In this document: in pieces, positions 1-10,352 of the stretch
Numbering within the stretch: position 1 is the stretch's first letter
Layout: each line of letters starts with the position of its first letter
NCBI GenBank assembly: GCA_012729935.1
Contig: JAAYBY010000107.1
Coordinates: 1-36,135, forward strand
Length of the DNA stretch: 36,135 bases
Reading direction: 5' to 3'
DNA from: Clostridiaceae bacterium
GTDB lineage: Bacteria > Bacillota > Clostridia > Saccharofermentanales > UBA5734
Translations under genes and position numbers: made by a program
The notes under the pieces: model-generated
What the model saw: only the letters and a program-made list of their open reading frames with translations
Database searches by the model: none
Told to the model about the DNA's origin: nothing

Positions 1-432
1 GCAGGCCGATGGACGTCAACAGACGTCAATAGCGGCTTCTTTCCTTTTCGCTTCAAATGCAGCGCCAGTTTGGCCGCTGTGGTCGTCTTACCGGCACCCT
101 GCAGGCCATATAACATCACAACGGTGAATCCGGTCGGCGAAACGGCCAATTTACTGACTTTCTCGCCCAGGATATCGACCAGAGCCTCGTGAACGATCTT
201 GACGATCTGCTGCCCCGGCGTTAACGATTCTGTTACCGCGCTGCCACGTGCTTTTTCTGAAATTTCATCAATCAGGTTCTTAACGACATCGTAATGGACA
301 TCTGCCTCCAGTAAAGCCAGACGGATTTCACGCATCATGTCTTTGAGATCTTGTTCACTGATTCGTGATTTACCACGCATACGGCCGACAATTGCGGTCA
401 GTTTATTAGAAAGCCCATCCAGTAAAGCCATC
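1..432 (-). CDS. ffh: Signal recognition particle protein Ffh, N-terminal part (gene runs off the left edge)
   Basis: Absent from the ORF track because it is truncated. Hand translation of the minus strand from ATG 432-430 gives MALLDGLSNKLTAIVGRMRGKSRISEQDLKDMMREIRLALLEADVHYDVV...VMLYGLQGAGKTTTAAKLA, i.e. the N-domain plus the GxxGxGKT P-loop. A GGAGGA RBS lies about 5 nt upstream. The position after ylxM is the conserved one. Confidence 0.9.
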
Positions 433-443
433 AAAATCCTCCG

Positions 444-788
444 TTACAAAATTTGTTCTAGTTTCAGCAGTCGGGCCCGTACAGATTCAATCTGACCTTG
501 ATCCAGTTCCTGGATTGCCTGACTGATCTCGTTTTTCTGATTGACAAAGCGCGTTGCCAGACCCAGCTTTTCCTCGTATTGTCTCAAACGATCCAATCCC
601 TGATGCAGACGATCGTGAACGGCCTGCCTGCTGATAGCGTGCTGTTCGGCAATTTCAGCCAATGACAGATCATCTTCGAAATAACTGGTCAGAACTTCTC
701 GTGCGCGCTCAGACAGCAGCTGCCCGTAAAAATCAAGGAGCAAACTGATTTGAGCACGATCGTCCTGTCTGTCTGTAACCGAATTCAT
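444..788 (-). CDS. ylxM: YlxM/p13-like small helix-turn-helix protein (UPF0122), SRP-operon associated
   Basis: 114 aa with a sigma-70 region-4-like HTH (LSLAEIAEQHAISRQAVHDRL). It lies between ftsY and ffh, as ylxM does in Bacillota. Confidence 0.8.
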   Translation of the reverse strand: MNSVTDRQDDRAQISLLLDFYGQLLSERAREVLTSYFEDDLSLAEIAEQHAISRQAVHDRLHQGLDRLRQYEEKLGLATRFVNQKNEISQAIQELDQGQIESVRARLLKLEQIL

Positions 789-794
789 TTGACA

Positions 795-823
795 AGAATA
801 TCAGACAGCAGGAAGTCTGTCAA
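795..823 (-). promoter_or_regulatory. Candidate sigma-A promoter directly upstream of ylxM (-35 TTGACA 823-818, 17-nt spacer, -10 TATTCT 800-795)
   Basis: Hexamers read on the minus strand. Only 6 nt separate the -10 from the ylxM ATG and no SD is visible. The -35 sits inside a 9-bp inverted repeat (817-825 / 832-840). Confidence 0.35.
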
Positions 824-850
824 GCATATAAGCTTGACAGATCGATTAAT

Positions 851-1783
851 TTACTGGAAATTTGATTCGGATTCATCCGGTATCAACGCGTTAACAAATG
901 CTTGCGGATCGAAATCTGACAAATCATCGATTCCTTCTCCCAGACCGGCCAGACAAATAGGTGTCTGCGTCTGATGGGCGACGGCAACTGCAACACCGCC
1001 TTTGGCATTTCCATCGAGCTTGGTGATGACTAGACCCGTAATCTCCGTTGTCTCGTGGAATACTTTTGCCTGCTGAACGGCATTTTGTCCCGTTGTCGCA
1101 TCGATAACAAGAAGTGATTCGCAGTGTGACTGCGGTGCTTCTCGTTCAATGACTCGACGGATTTTGGCCAGTTCATCCATCAGGTTTTTTTTGTTGTGCA
1201 GACGGCCTGCGGTATCGATAATCAGCACATCAGCATTTCTGGCTTTAGCCCCGCTTATGGCATCATAGACGACTGACGCGGGATCTGCTCCAACCTGGTG
1301 GGCAACAACCGGTGTCTGTGTCACGTTGCCCCAGTGCTTTAGCTGATCAATCGCTGCCGCCCGGAATGTATCCGCTGCTGCCAGCATGACCTTATAGCCC
1401 TGACTTTGAAAACGGTGACATAGTTTTCCGGCAGTCGTTGTTTTACCGGTACCGTTCACGCCAACCAATAAAATAACTGTCATGGCCTCATGATTGACCG
1501 TCAAAAACCGCGGACTGCCGAGAATCTCCAGCCAGATAGATTTCAGATAGCTGGTCACCTGCGCTCGGTCAGCTGATCCGCCGCCACGTATTTTTTCTTT
1601 GAGCCGGTCGAGAATATCCGTCGATGCAGCCATACCAAAATCTGCCTGGACCATCAGGGCTTCAAGCTCATCGAGCATTGTTTCGTCGAATGCCGTTACG
1701 GATGCTGTAATTCGGTTTAATCCGCCGGTTATCAGGTCTCTGGTTTTCTTCATACCCCGTTTAAAGGAGTCAAATAACGTCAT
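851..1783 (-). CDS. ftsY: Signal recognition particle receptor FtsY
   Basis: 310 aa with an SRP-GTPase NG domain: GVNGTGKTTTAGKL P-loop, DTAGR and TKLDG motifs. RBS GGAGAGGA upstream. Confidence 0.95.
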   Translation of the reverse strand: MTLFDSFKRGMKKTRDLITGGLNRITASVTAFDETMLDELEALMVQADFGMAASTDILDRLKEKIRGGGSADRAQVTSYLKSIWLEILGSPRFLTVNHEAMTVILLVGVNGTGKTTTAGKLCHRFQSQGYKVMLAAADTFRAAAIDQLKHWGNVTQTPVVAHQVGADPASVVYDAISGAKARNADVLIIDTAGRLHNKKNLMDELAKIRRVIEREAPQSHCESLLVIDATTGQNAVQQAKVFHETTEITGLVITKLDGNAKGGVAVAVAHQTQTPICLAGLGEGIDDLSDFDPQAFVNALIPDESESNFQ

Positions 1784-1799
1784 GTTGGTTCCTCTCCAC

Positions 1800-4700
1800 T
1801 TAATCAGTCAGTTTCATTGATAAAATGCGTGAAATGCCGCGTTCAGGCATCGTTACGCCGTAAAGCCGGTCAGCTGCCTCCATGGTGCCTTTTCGATGCG
1901 TCACCAGGATAAACTGTGATTCATGCGAGTACCGGCGTATGTATTCCGTAAACCGGATGACATTGGCATCATCAAGAGACGCCTCTACTTCATCAAGCAC
2001 ACAGAAAGGTGTCGGCCTGAGTTTAAGGATGGCAAACAGCAAGGCAATCGCAGTGAGGCTTCGCTCGCCGCCTGACAGCAGCAGCAGATTCTGAAGCTTT
2101 TTACCAGGAGGTTGTGCTTTAATCTCGATACCGCAATTCAAGACATCAGACTCATCTTCAAGATTGACTTCAGCTGTTCCGCCTCCGAACAGTTCGGAAA
2201 ACACCTGGCAGAAATTTTCATTGATCAGTCTGAAATGTGCCATGAACTGCTTCTTCATTTCCTGGATCAAACCATCGATCACGCTGGTCAGCTGGTGTCT
2301 GGCCTGTTCGATATCATCTCTTTGCTTCGTTATAAAGGCATAACGGTTCCGGACAGCAATGTGTTCATCAATAGCGCCGATATTAACCGGTCCCAGTTCT
2401 TTTATCTGGTTTTTCAGAAGGTTAACGTGTTTGGTTGTTTCAGAGCGGTTCAGAGACGGCTGTTTCCATTGTTCAGCCTGATCTGCTGTCAATTCATAAA
2501 ACTCCCACAATCTGTTCTTGGCATCATCAATCTGTCCCTCGTAGCGGGATGCTTTTGCTTCAATCCGGCTGATTTCACCTTGTAATGAAGCAATACGGCT
2601 TGTCGCAGATTCCAGCTTCTCGAAAAAGCTGTTCTGCTCCCCTTCCAGACGTGATTTCTCCTCAAATAGCTGTTGAGCCTGATGCGACAGCTCTGTTTCC
2701 TTCTTCTGGAGCTGATCAAGATTCTGTGTATCTTCAACCTGCTCTTTTTGCAGGCGATTGATTTCGTCTTGATACTCCACCTGGTCCTGACGTCTCCTGG
2801 TTAACCGGCCGGTCCGGCTTAACCGGTCCTGTTCAATCCGGCTGATCATTTCCTCTGCTGCCTGAATGGACTCCTCAATTGACTGCAGTGAAACACGCCA
2901 TTCGGTCACAGTCTCACGTAAATCATCGCGTTTGAGACGATCTTCACGACTGCTGCCTTCCTGTTCACTGATTGACTGACGCAGGTTTGCAAGTGTCTGT
3001 TCCATCGATGCGATGTTCTGGAGGATTGATTCCTTGTCCGCTTGTATTTGAGTCAGCTGCTGGTTTAATTGCTGTTGATCTGAGATTAGGATTTCCCGCT
3101 GACTCGCTGTTTTTTTCTGTTCTTCACTGACCGATGCGATTTGTGCTTCCAGACGGATTCGTTCATGAGACCGTTCTAAACGGTTTTGCTCTATCTGGGC
3201 GAGCTTTCCGGCTTGGTCGTTCAGGCTTGTTTCGTCTGTTTTCAGCTGCTGTTCCATTGCCTTTATAGACGCGTTAACGGTTTCAATCGTCACTTTAAGC
3301 GTCTCAATATCGCGTGCTCTGCCCAGCAATCCGCTGCCGCCTTGTTTCTGATAACCACCGGTCATCGAACCACCCGGGGCGATCACATCGCCTTCAAGCG
3401 TAACCAGTCGCAGAGTCTGTCCAGATTGGCGTGAAAGTTTCATTGCCGTGTTCAAATCTTCTGCGACAACAACACGGCCGAGCAGATAAAGCACAACGTT
3501 CTCCAGTTCAGGATCCGCTGTTACCAAATCACTCGCCAGGCCGACAAATCCAGGCAGATTTTGAACAGATGTGATTTGATTTTTTTCTAAGGGTCTGGCT
3601 CTCAATGTATCAAGCGGTAAAAAAGTTGCACGACCTGATCGGGTCTGCTTGAGATCTTCAATCAGACGTGCGGCTGTCTTCTGGTTGTCTGTGACGATGT
3701 TCTGAATAGCAGCACCGAGTGCTGTTTCAATTGCGCGTTCATACCGGTTTTCCGTATATATCAGAGATCCGACAGTCCCCTTGATTCCTGTCCCGAAACC
3801 AGGGTGTTCATCAACCTTTTTGAGGATTGAACGGACAGCCTGCTGATAACCTTCGTAGTTTCTTTCCAGTTTTTCAAGCATTTGCAGCCGGTATGACTGA
3901 TTGCGCAGCTCCTGACGCTCTGTCTCCAGTTTTTTCGCCAGGCTGTTGCATCTGTCCCGTTGTTGATCGATTTCTTCTTTGAGCGCTGAATAAACTTCGT
4001 TTTGCTCTGTCTGCTCGACATCAAGCTGTGTCATCGCTCCTTGTTTTTCTTCCTGCAGGATGCGCAGGCGATCCAAATCACTGATTCGTTCAAGCAACTC
4101 TTTATCGATGGCCTTAATTCGGTTTTGGACCAGGTCGATCTGGTTATCAAGCTGTCCCAGCCGTGACTTTGCGTCAAATGCCTTGTCCAGCAATTCGTCC
4201 AGATGCGTTTTATCCGCTTCAATCTTTTTTTCTGAAGCATCCAGGGTCTGAACCAGAAGTGACATCTCGGCTTCTGCAGCTTTTAATTTTGCATTGTAGA
4301 CTTCACGCTGCTTATGCAGCGTATCGGATTTTGCCTGTCGAGATGCAATTTCCTGATCAAACTCTCCAATGTTGCCGCTTAATTCCAATTCCTCTGCCGA
4401 AGCCAGTTGAATCTGATCATGAAGATGTCGAATCTTTTCACTGTGCAAGGCCAATTTTCGCTGGTAATCATGCGTTTCCTGATTCATGTGTGCCAAGCGC
4501 TGATTAATAGACTGACTTTCTATATCGAGTGCTTCGAGACGCTCGACAGTCTGATGATTTTCTGTTCTGATGTGCGTCAGATGGGCATTGGCCTGCGCCA
4601 AGTCAGATAACACCAGATTTTTCTCGCTATCTGCTTCATCTATCCTCTGCTGATACTGGTCAATCTGATCCAGGATCAGTGCGATTTCTTCGCCTTTCAA

Positions 4701-5363
4701 TTTTTCACTCAGCGTCTGGTACTGACGGGCTGCATCAGCCTGCTCAGCCAACGGTTCTAATCGGCTTTCCAGTTCAGCGATCAGATCATTGATCCGGATA
4801 AGATTCTGTTCTGTTCCCTGAAGCTTTCGTTCAGATTCTTCCTTACGCGTCTTATATTTAACGATACCGGATGCTTCTTCAAAGATGCGTCTTCTCTCCT
4901 CAGAACGGTGGCTTAGAATCTCATCGACCCTGCCCTGGCCAACGATTGAGTAACCGTCGCGACCCAGTCCTGTATCCATAAACAAACGTGAAATATCACG
5001 CAGCCGGCAGGTTGTCTTGTTGAGCAGATATTCACTTTCGCCGGAACGGTAAAGACGCCGTGTAATCTGGATTTCTGAATAGTCCAGCGGCAGACGGCCG
5101 TCTGTGTTATCGATGACCATCGTGACTTCGGCAAAACTCATCGCACGTCTCGATTGCGTACCCGTGAAAATAACATCTTCCATTCGGGCACCGCGCAGCG
5201 TTTTAATGCTTTGTTCACCAAGCACCCATCGGATCGCATCGGTTACGTTAGATTTTCCGCTGCCGTTCGGGCCGATAATGGCTGTGACACCTTCATCAAA
5301 TGCAATGACAGTTTTTTCTGGAAATGATTTGAACCCTTGTATTTCAAGAGCTTTGAGATGCAT
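1800..5363 (-). CDS. smc: Chromosome partition/condensation protein SMC
   Basis: 1187 aa. N-terminal Walker A GPNGSGKSN, long coiled-coil arms, a central hinge (GYQQAVRSIL...GAAIQNIVT), and C-terminal LSGGE signature with Walker B FCVLDEVEASLD. Confidence 0.97.
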   Translation of the reverse strand: MHLKALEIQGFKSFPEKTVIAFDEGVTAIIGPNGSGKSNVTDAIRWVLGEQSIKTLRGARMEDVIFTGTQSRRAMSFAEVTMVIDNTDGRLPLDYSEIQITRRLYRSGESEYLLNKTTCRLRDISRLFMDTGLGRDGYSIVGQGRVDEILSHRSEERRRIFEEASGIVKYKTRKEESERKLQGTEQNLIRINDLIAELESRLEPLAEQADAARQYQTLSEKLKGEEIALILDQIDQYQQRIDEADSEKNLVLSDLAQANAHLTHIRTENHQTVERLEALDIESQSINQRLAHMNQETHDYQRKLALHSEKIRHLHDQIQLASAEELELSGNIGEFDQEIASRQAKSDTLHKQREVYNAKLKAAEAEMSLLVQTLDASEKKIEADKTHLDELLDKAFDAKSRLGQLDNQIDLVQNRIKAIDKELLERISDLDRLRILQEEKQGAMTQLDVEQTEQNEVYSALKEEIDQQRDRCNSLAKKLETERQELRNQSYRLQMLEKLERNYEGYQQAVRSILKKVDEHPGFGTGIKGTVGSLIYTENRYERAIETALGAAIQNIVTDNQKTAARLIEDLKQTRSGRATFLPLDTLRARPLEKNQITSVQNLPGFVGLASDLVTADPELENVVLYLLGRVVVAEDLNTAMKLSRQSGQTLRLVTLEGDVIAPGGSMTGGYQKQGGSGLLGRARDIETLKVTIETVNASIKAMEQQLKTDETSLNDQAGKLAQIEQNRLERSHERIRLEAQIASVSEEQKKTASQREILISDQQQLNQQLTQIQADKESILQNIASMEQTLANLRQSISEQEGSSREDRLKRDDLRETVTEWRVSLQSIEESIQAAEEMISRIEQDRLSRTGRLTRRRQDQVEYQDEINRLQKEQVEDTQNLDQLQKKETELSHQAQQLFEEKSRLEGEQNSFFEKLESATSRIASLQGEISRIEAKASRYEGQIDDAKNRLWEFYELTADQAEQWKQPSLNRSETTKHVNLLKNQIKELGPVNIGAIDEHIAVRNRYAFITKQRDDIEQARHQLTSVIDGLIQEMKKQFMAHFRLINENFCQVFSELFGGGTAEVNLEDESDVLNCGIEIKAQPPGKKLQNLLLLSGGERSLTAIALLFAILKLRPTPFCVLDEVEASLDDANVIRFTEYIRRYSHESQFILVTHRKGTMEAADRLYGVTMPERGISRILSMKLTD

Positions 5364-5377
5364 CTTAGATCCCCCGG

Positions 5378-6187
5378 TTAATCAGATGTTCGGCGTGTAC
5401 ACCCTTCCCGGCTACAGTCCAGCTTTTCGAGAGCATCTCGAGAGGCGTTCTGTTCAGCTTCTTTTTTGCTGCTTCCGTTACCGGACGCAATCAGCTGGCC
5501 ATCAACGATGACACCTGCTGTAAAGACACGCTCATGAACAGGACCGGTTTCCTTCAGGATGATAAATTCAAGTGTACTGTTTCCGCGTGTCGCCTGGACA
5601 TTTTCGATCAGGCGACTCTTATAATCATACACCAGATCGCCTGCAAGCGCTAACTTAAGCGGTTCATCAAGCAATCGTCGGATAATCTCGCCTGTTTTCT
5701 CATAACCAGCATCCAAAAACAGGGCGCCGAAAAGTGCCTCGACTGCGTTGGCCAGATTGGATGGCTTTTCACGGCCGCCCGTCGCTTCTTCCCCTTTTCC
5801 CAGAAAAAGACATTGTCCCAGGTTCATTTGCCCGGCTAAAGCGGCTAATGTCGTTTCCCTGACGACAAGTGCCCGGATCTTGGTCATATATCCTTCCGCA
5901 TACTGGTCCGGCTCTCGAAAAAGCATATCACTGATTGCGAGATCCAGAACAGCATCACCCAGAAATTCCAAACGTTCATTGTCGGGTAATCGATCCTGTC
6001 TGTGTTCATACGCGTATGTTGAATGGGTTAACGCTTCCAGGATCAGATTCGGATTCTGAAATGTATACTGCATCACGTTATAAACGTTCTGCATCAACTT
6101 TTCAGTCTTATCTCCTGTGACATGATCACACCAGAGATCTTCACTTTTCTGGAAAATAAGCCCCCTTAGGGGCTTATCATCAGGCAT
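5378..6187 (-). CDS. rnc: Ribonuclease III
   Basis: RNase III signature [13 protein letters not shown] plus a C-terminal dsRBD ([12 protein letters not shown]...[14 protein letters not shown]). The start is uncertain. ATG 6187 overlaps the acpP stop by 8 nt, while the alternative ATG 6094 ([12 protein letters not shown]...) gives a more canonical length. Confidence 0.9.
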   Translation of the reverse strand: MPDDKPLRGLIFQKSEDLWCDHVTGDKTEKLMQNVYNVMQYTFQNPNLILEALTHSTYAYEHRQDRLPDNERLEFLGDAVLDLAISDMLFREPDQYAEGYMTKIRALVVRETTLAALAGQMNLGQCLFLGKGEEATGGREKPSNLANAVEALFGALFLDAGYEKTGEIIRRLLDEPLKLALAGDLVYDYKSRLIENVQATRGNSTLEFIILKETGPVHERVFTAGVIVDGQLIASGNGSSKKEAEQNASRDALEKLDCSREGCTRRTSD

Positions 6188-6419
6188 TGTTTTTTATAAA
6201 ATCGACGGCATCTCCGACCGTCTTGATACGCTCGGCTTCCTCATCCGGAATCGAGATGCCGAACTCCTGCTCCATCGCCATAACGAGCTCAACGATATCC
6301 AGGGAATCGGCATTGAGGTCATCAATAAAATTGGAGTCCATCGATACTGCATCTTCATCGACACCCAGCTGGTCGACAAGAATGGTGCGTACACTTTCGA
6401 AAATCTGTTCATTTGACAT
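6180..6419 (-). CDS. acpP: Acyl carrier protein
   Basis: 79 aa, acidic, with the phosphopantetheine-attachment motif [12 protein letters not shown] (DSL). Confidence 0.95.
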   Translation of the reverse strand: MSNEQIFESVRTILVDQLGVDEDAVSMDSNFIDDLNADSLDIVELVMAMEQEFGISIPDEEAERIKTVGDAVDFIKNNA

Positions 6420-6555
6420 ATAGTATTCCTCCTGTTTTCAAGGCTTTTAACGTCTTTCAACACTCTCGGGCGAGAGCATATCATAGTTTTATTTGATAAT
6501 CAAGATTTTGTCAAGCAATTGATCATTAAATTCACGGTTTCTTCATGTAATGCAT

Positions 6556-7170
6556 TCAGGTATCATGCTCTGGCTGGTTAAGGAGTGAGCGGTGATGGTA
6601 AAGATACTGCATACCTGAAAGAAGTGTCATAACCACAGCAATCATGAGAAAGCTGTTATTGACCGCGATCAGAATTCTCGGTTCAAAATAACCTTCTGAG
6701 ATGGATAGAATAACCGGTTCAATCAGTAAAAGGAGCAACGCTATAATCTGAGAAACGGTCTTTGCCTTGCCTAGCCAGCCGGCAGCAATCACCTGTCCTT
6801 TTTCTGCCCCGATTAAACGGATGCCGGTTATAACGAACTCTCGGATAATAACGATTATGACAACCAGTGAATGAATCCGGCCGGTTTGAATCAAAACCAA
6901 CATGACTGAGATAACAAGCAGTTTATCTGCGATCGGATCAAGAAACTTGCCCAAATTGGTAACAAGATTCCGCTTCCGGGCGATGTGTCCATCCAGTAAG
7001 TCTGTTATTGAGGCGATGGCAAAAAGAAAAAAAGCGATCAGTCGTCCTGAATTTTGAATAAAGCCGTTCCAGTTGTCCCAAAAGGATGAATCCGGCATGG
7101 GAACAAGGAAAACCAAAATCAAGGGAATCAGGATGATGCGAAGCAGTGTCAAACGATTGGGTAAATTCAC
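6556..7170 (-). CDS. pgsA: CDP-diacylglycerol--glycerol-3-phosphate 3-phosphatidyltransferase
   Basis: Polytopic membrane protein with the CDP-alcohol phosphatidyltransferase motif DLLDGHIARKRNLVTNLGKFLDPIADK. The GTG start overlaps the rimO stop (GTGA). Confidence 0.9.
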   Translation of the reverse strand: MNLPNRLTLLRIILIPLILVFLVPMPDSSFWDNWNGFIQNSGRLIAFFLFAIASITDLLDGHIARKRNLVTNLGKFLDPIADKLLVISVMLVLIQTGRIHSLVVIIVIIREFVITGIRLIGAEKGQVIAAGWLGKAKTVSQIIALLLLLIEPVILSISEGYFEPRILIAVNNSFLMIAVVMTLLSGMQYLYHHRSLLNQPEHDT

Positions 7171-8549
7171 GAAACAGTCACTCCTGTCATTTCATAGGCA
7201 TCAGCAGACGCGATCCGAACATTTCTGGTTTGCCCCAACTCAACCGACTCATCAGAAGCGGCGACATAAATGATCGGATCTGTATCCGGTGCTTCACCAA
7301 AACTACGGCCTACATAAAATATACCACGCTCATCGATTGATTCAAGCGTTACCGAAACCACAGAACCGATTCGCTTTTCAGCCTGCTCGGCCGCAATGAC
7401 CTGCTGATGCAGCATCAGTCGGTCATATCGTTCCTGTGCGATTGTCGCGTCAACCCTGTTTTTCAGTTTATAGGCAGGCGTTCCTTCTTCAGGCGAGAAA
7501 ATGAAGCAGCCTAACCGATCAAAGCGAATATCTGTTATAAATTGGATCAAGGCGTTGAAATCGTCATCTGTTTCACCCGGAAAACCGACCATAACGGTTG
7601 TTCGCAAAATAATGTCCGGGATCTCCTGTCGCAAGCGGCCGAATAATGCGCTGAGTGATTCTGACCTGTCGGGTCTGTTCATACGGCGTAACATCGGATC
7701 AGAGGCGTGCTGTATGGGGATGTCAAGATAATGTGCTGCTTTATCCTGGCGTTTCAACACATCAATCAAATCATCAGTGACTCCATCTGCGTACGTATAC
7801 AATATTCGAACGAGCCGGACTTCAGGAATCTGACAGATCGTCTCGATCAGTTCGGGCAATCTTTGACGGCCATAGAGGTCAACGCCGTAAGCGCCGGTAT
7901 CCTGAGCAATCAGTATCAATTCGCCGTAACCCTCTTTACTCAGACGTTTAGCTTCCTGGATGATCTCTTCAAATGATCTTGACTGATACGGACCGCGAAT
8001 ACCGGGAATCGCACAATATGAACAGTGATTTGAACACCCTTCTGCAATTTTTATCCATGCATAATGCTGAGTCGACGGCTGGCGGGCTACTGTCAGATGA
8101 TCAAGGCAGCCGGGTTCTCCCGGCAGATACGGTCTGTTCGTTCCTGTTTCCAGTTGATCGATGTATTTGCTGATCTGCCCATAATCAGCTGTTCCAAGAA
8201 CCGCATCCACTTCAGGCAGTTCACGGTATATATCCTCTGCGTAACGTTGCGAAAGGCATCCGGTCACAATCAACCACTTGGCAGATCCTTGCGGCTGTTT
8301 GAAGGATGCCAGCTCAAGAATCGCATCGATTGATTCACGTTTTGCAGATTCAATGAAACCGCAGGTGTTGACAATCAGAATATCCGCCAGTTCAGGTGAT
8401 GATACACTCTTGAAACCGTCATCCATCAGAATTCGGGCCATACATTCAGCATCAACTAGATTCTTGGCACAACCGAGTGACAACAAGTAGTAGCGGTATT
8501 CATTTTTCCTGCTGCCTGTTTTTGTAACAGGGTCCATCATTTCTTTCAT
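7167..8549 (-). CDS. rimO: Ribosomal protein S12 methylthiotransferase RimO (radical SAM MTTase)
   Basis: N-terminal UPF0004 cysteines (SLGCAKNLVDAE, NTCGFI, TGCL), radical-SAM CSNHCSYC, and a C-terminal TRAM-like domain. The SLGC-KNLVD form is typical of RimO rather than MiaB/MtaB. Confidence 0.85.
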   Translation of the reverse strand: MKEMMDPVTKTGSRKNEYRYYLLSLGCAKNLVDAECMARILMDDGFKSVSSPELADILIVNTCGFIESAKRESIDAILELASFKQPQGSAKWLIVTGCLSQRYAEDIYRELPEVDAVLGTADYGQISKYIDQLETGTNRPYLPGEPGCLDHLTVARQPSTQHYAWIKIAEGCSNHCSYCAIPGIRGPYQSRSFEEIIQEAKRLSKEGYGELILIAQDTGAYGVDLYGRQRLPELIETICQIPEVRLVRILYTYADGVTDDLIDVLKRQDKAAHYLDIPIQHASDPMLRRMNRPDRSESLSALFGRLRQEIPDIILRTTVMVGFPGETDDDFNALIQFITDIRFDRLGCFIFSPEEGTPAYKLKNRVDATIAQERYDRLMLHQQVIAAEQAEKRIGSVVSVTLESIDERGIFYVGRSFGEAPDTDPIIYVAASDESVELGQTRNVRIASADAYEMTGVTVS

Positions 8550-8627
8550 TCTATATACGCCTATCTATAAATTTTGCTGCTCTTAATCATGCATGATTGT
8601 CAATTGCTCTGTCAATAATCTTCGTGT

Positions 8628-8663
8628 AAAGAGAAACGGCACTGGTTGTCTGAACCAATGCCG
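8628..8663 (-). terminator. Rho-independent terminator downstream of recX
   Basis: On the minus strand: 11-bp stem CGGCATTGGTT / AACCAGTGCCG (one G-U), 5-nt loop, then TTTCTCTTT. Confidence 0.7.
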
Positions 8664-8690
8664 ACTGAACCGTATGTCCGATAAAACATG

Positions 8691-9233
8691 TTAATCGGGA
8701 TCACGACGGTTTAGAACGCGATCGATTATTGAGTGTTCAAAACCACGGCGACTTAAAAATTGTGCAAGTTTTAAAAAGAGCTTATGTCTCTCTTCCCGTT
8801 TCAGATCATTTGACTGGAAAACCGTATATTCCGTCGGAAAACGTGAATGCAGCAAGTCCTGCGCACGTGCCAGGTCAGAGTCGGACTTGCCCAGAACCAC
8901 ATCAACAATCTCCGGATCAAGTCCATTCGAAATCATGCGGTGGCGAAGAGCCAGTTTTGACTCCGCCTGTCGGCCTTGTCTCTGGCGGATAATACGTTTT
9001 ACAATAACCGCATCATCCAGATATCCTTCTGCCTTGAGTTCGTTGATGACTTCACGAATGACGGCTTCATCAAAACCTTCATTCAGTAAACGATCAAATA
9101 CTTTTCCAGACGGTTTTTTAGCCAGTCCAAGATAGGTTATCGCTTCTGATCGTGCCTCCTGAACCCGCCGCTGAAAAATCCGCTCGTCATCAGAGAGCGA
9201 TTCAGCCATCGAGTCCCAGGATATCTTTTTCAT
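8691..9233 (-). CDS. recX: RecA regulator RecX
   Basis: 180 aa of helical-repeat protein immediately downstream of, and overlapping, recA. It has RecX-like repeats ([15 protein letters not shown]..., [22 protein letters not shown]). Alternative start at 9209. Confidence 0.8.
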   Translation of the reverse strand: MKKISWDSMAESLSDDERIFQRRVQEARSEAITYLGLAKKPSGKVFDRLLNEGFDEAVIREVINELKAEGYLDDAVIVKRIIRQRQGRQAESKLALRHRMISNGLDPEIVDVVLGKSDSDLARAQDLLHSRFPTEYTVFQSNDLKREERHKLFLKLAQFLSRRGFEHSIIDRVLNRRDPD

Positions 9234-10305
9234 CAGCTGTCTCCTTCTCTTCGGTGATCGAACGTGCCGGATTGATGGTCTCTCTCACAAGGCTTTCAAT
9301 CTCGTCACGAATCTCAGGATTATCCTTAAGGAACTGCCTGGCATTATCTCTACCCTGTCCGATTCGCTGATCCTTGTACGCATACCATGATCCGCTTTTA
9401 TCAATGATATCACGATCAGCAGCCATATCAAGAATGCAGCCTTCCCGGGAAATCCCCTCGCCGTAGATAATATCGAATTCCGCTTCTTTGAAAGGCGGTG
9501 CAATTTTATTCTTCACGACCTTGACTCTCGTACGCGTTCCTATGATATCGGAACCGCTTCTCAGAGTTTCCAGTTTACGAACATCAAGCCGAACAGACGA
9601 ATAGAACTTCAACGCACGGCCGCCTGGTGTTGTTTCGGGATTGCCGAACATGATGCCGACCTTTTCACGCAGCTGGTTGATAAAAATCGCGACGGTTCTG
9701 GACTTGCTGATGACACCGGCCAGTTTACGCAATGCCTGCGACATAAGACGGGCCTGAAGGCCAACGTGTGCATCACCCATCTCGCCATCTATTTCAGCTT
9801 TCGGAACCAATGCAGCAACAGAGTCGACGACAACAATGTCGACCGCACCGCTGCGAACAAGTGCTTCTGTAATTTCCAAACCTTGCTCACCCGTATCCGG
9901 TTGTGAAACGATCAGATTGTCGATATCAACACCAAGCCGCGCAGCATACTGAGGATCCAGCGCATGTTCAGCATCTATAAAAGCAGCCGTACCGCCTTCT
10001 TTCTGCGCTTCTGCGATCATGTGCAGTGCGACCGTTGTTTTACCGGATGATTCAGGGCCGTATATCTCAATAACACGTCCTCGCGGTATACCCCCGATGC
10101 CCAGAGCGAGATCAAGCGACAGCGCACCGGTTGGAATTGATTCAACCTGAACATTCGCGCGATCACCCATTTTCATGACCGCTCCCTTGCCGAATTGCTT
10201 TTCAATCTGGCTTAGTGCTGCATCCAGCGCTCGTGCGCGATTTGATTCGTCTTTACGGGTCACTTCCTGTGATGACTTCCCGCCACTTTTGTCTCCTCTT
10301 GCCAT
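9202..10305 (-). CDS. recA: Recombinase RecA
   Basis: Canonical RecA sequence ([23 protein letters not shown], Walker [19 protein letters not shown]). Start placed at ATG 10305 (MARGDK...) because AGGAGG sits at 10311-10316. The ORF-track start at 10326 has no RBS. Confidence 0.97.
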   Translation of the reverse strand: MARGDKSGGKSSQEVTRKDESNRARALDAALSQIEKQFGKGAVMKMGDRANVQVESIPTGALSLDLALGIGGIPRGRVIEIYGPESSGKTTVALHMIAEAQKEGGTAAFIDAEHALDPQYAARLGVDIDNLIVSQPDTGEQGLEITEALVRSGAVDIVVVDSVAALVPKAEIDGEMGDAHVGLQARLMSQALRKLAGVISKSRTVAIFINQLREKVGIMFGNPETTPGGRALKFYSSVRLDVRKLETLRSGSDIIGTRTRVKVVKNKIAPPFKEAEFDIIYGEGISREGCILDMAADRDIIDKSGSWYAYKDQRIGQGRDNARQFLKDNPEIRDEIESLVRETINPARSITEEKETADEKDILGLDG

Positions 10306-10330
10306 ACAAACCTCCTGTAAGCCCAATCAA

Positions 10331-10342
10331 GAACAATCGTTC
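10331..10342 (-). promoter_or_regulatory. LexA (DinR) SOS/Cheo box GAAC-N4-GTTC in the recA leader
   Basis: The minus strand reads GGAACGATTGTTCT, between the recA -10 and its RBS. It matches the Gram-positive LexA consensus core GAAC-N4-GTTC. Confidence 0.8.
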
Positions 10343-10352
10343 CTTAATATGC

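Noticed and set aside
2112-2585. 157-aa plus-strand ORF, along with other plus-strand ORFs at 1882-2094, 3186-3434, 4060-4610 and 5104-5511
   Set aside because: They lie entirely antisense to the well-supported smc and rnc genes. They have low-complexity or odd composition, no RBS and no recognisable motifs. Long antisense ORFs are expected opposite codon-biased coiled-coil genes.
6420-6555. acpP upstream region searched for a promoter or FapR-type operator
   Set aside because: TTGACA and TTGATT hexamers are present on the minus strand, but the spacings to plausible -10 elements are ambiguous (17 nt to TAAAAC or TATGCT, 23 nt to TATGAT). I could not support a single call.
10306-10326. Longer N-terminal extensions offered by the ORF track for recA (10326), pnp (35703), proC (21901), folD (15381), rnhA (21084) and azlC (23777)
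   Set aside because: In each case an internal ATG is preceded by a good Shine-Dalgarno at 5-9 nt, and the protein then starts at the position conserved in the family. The extensions have no RBS and run into promoters or upstream genes.
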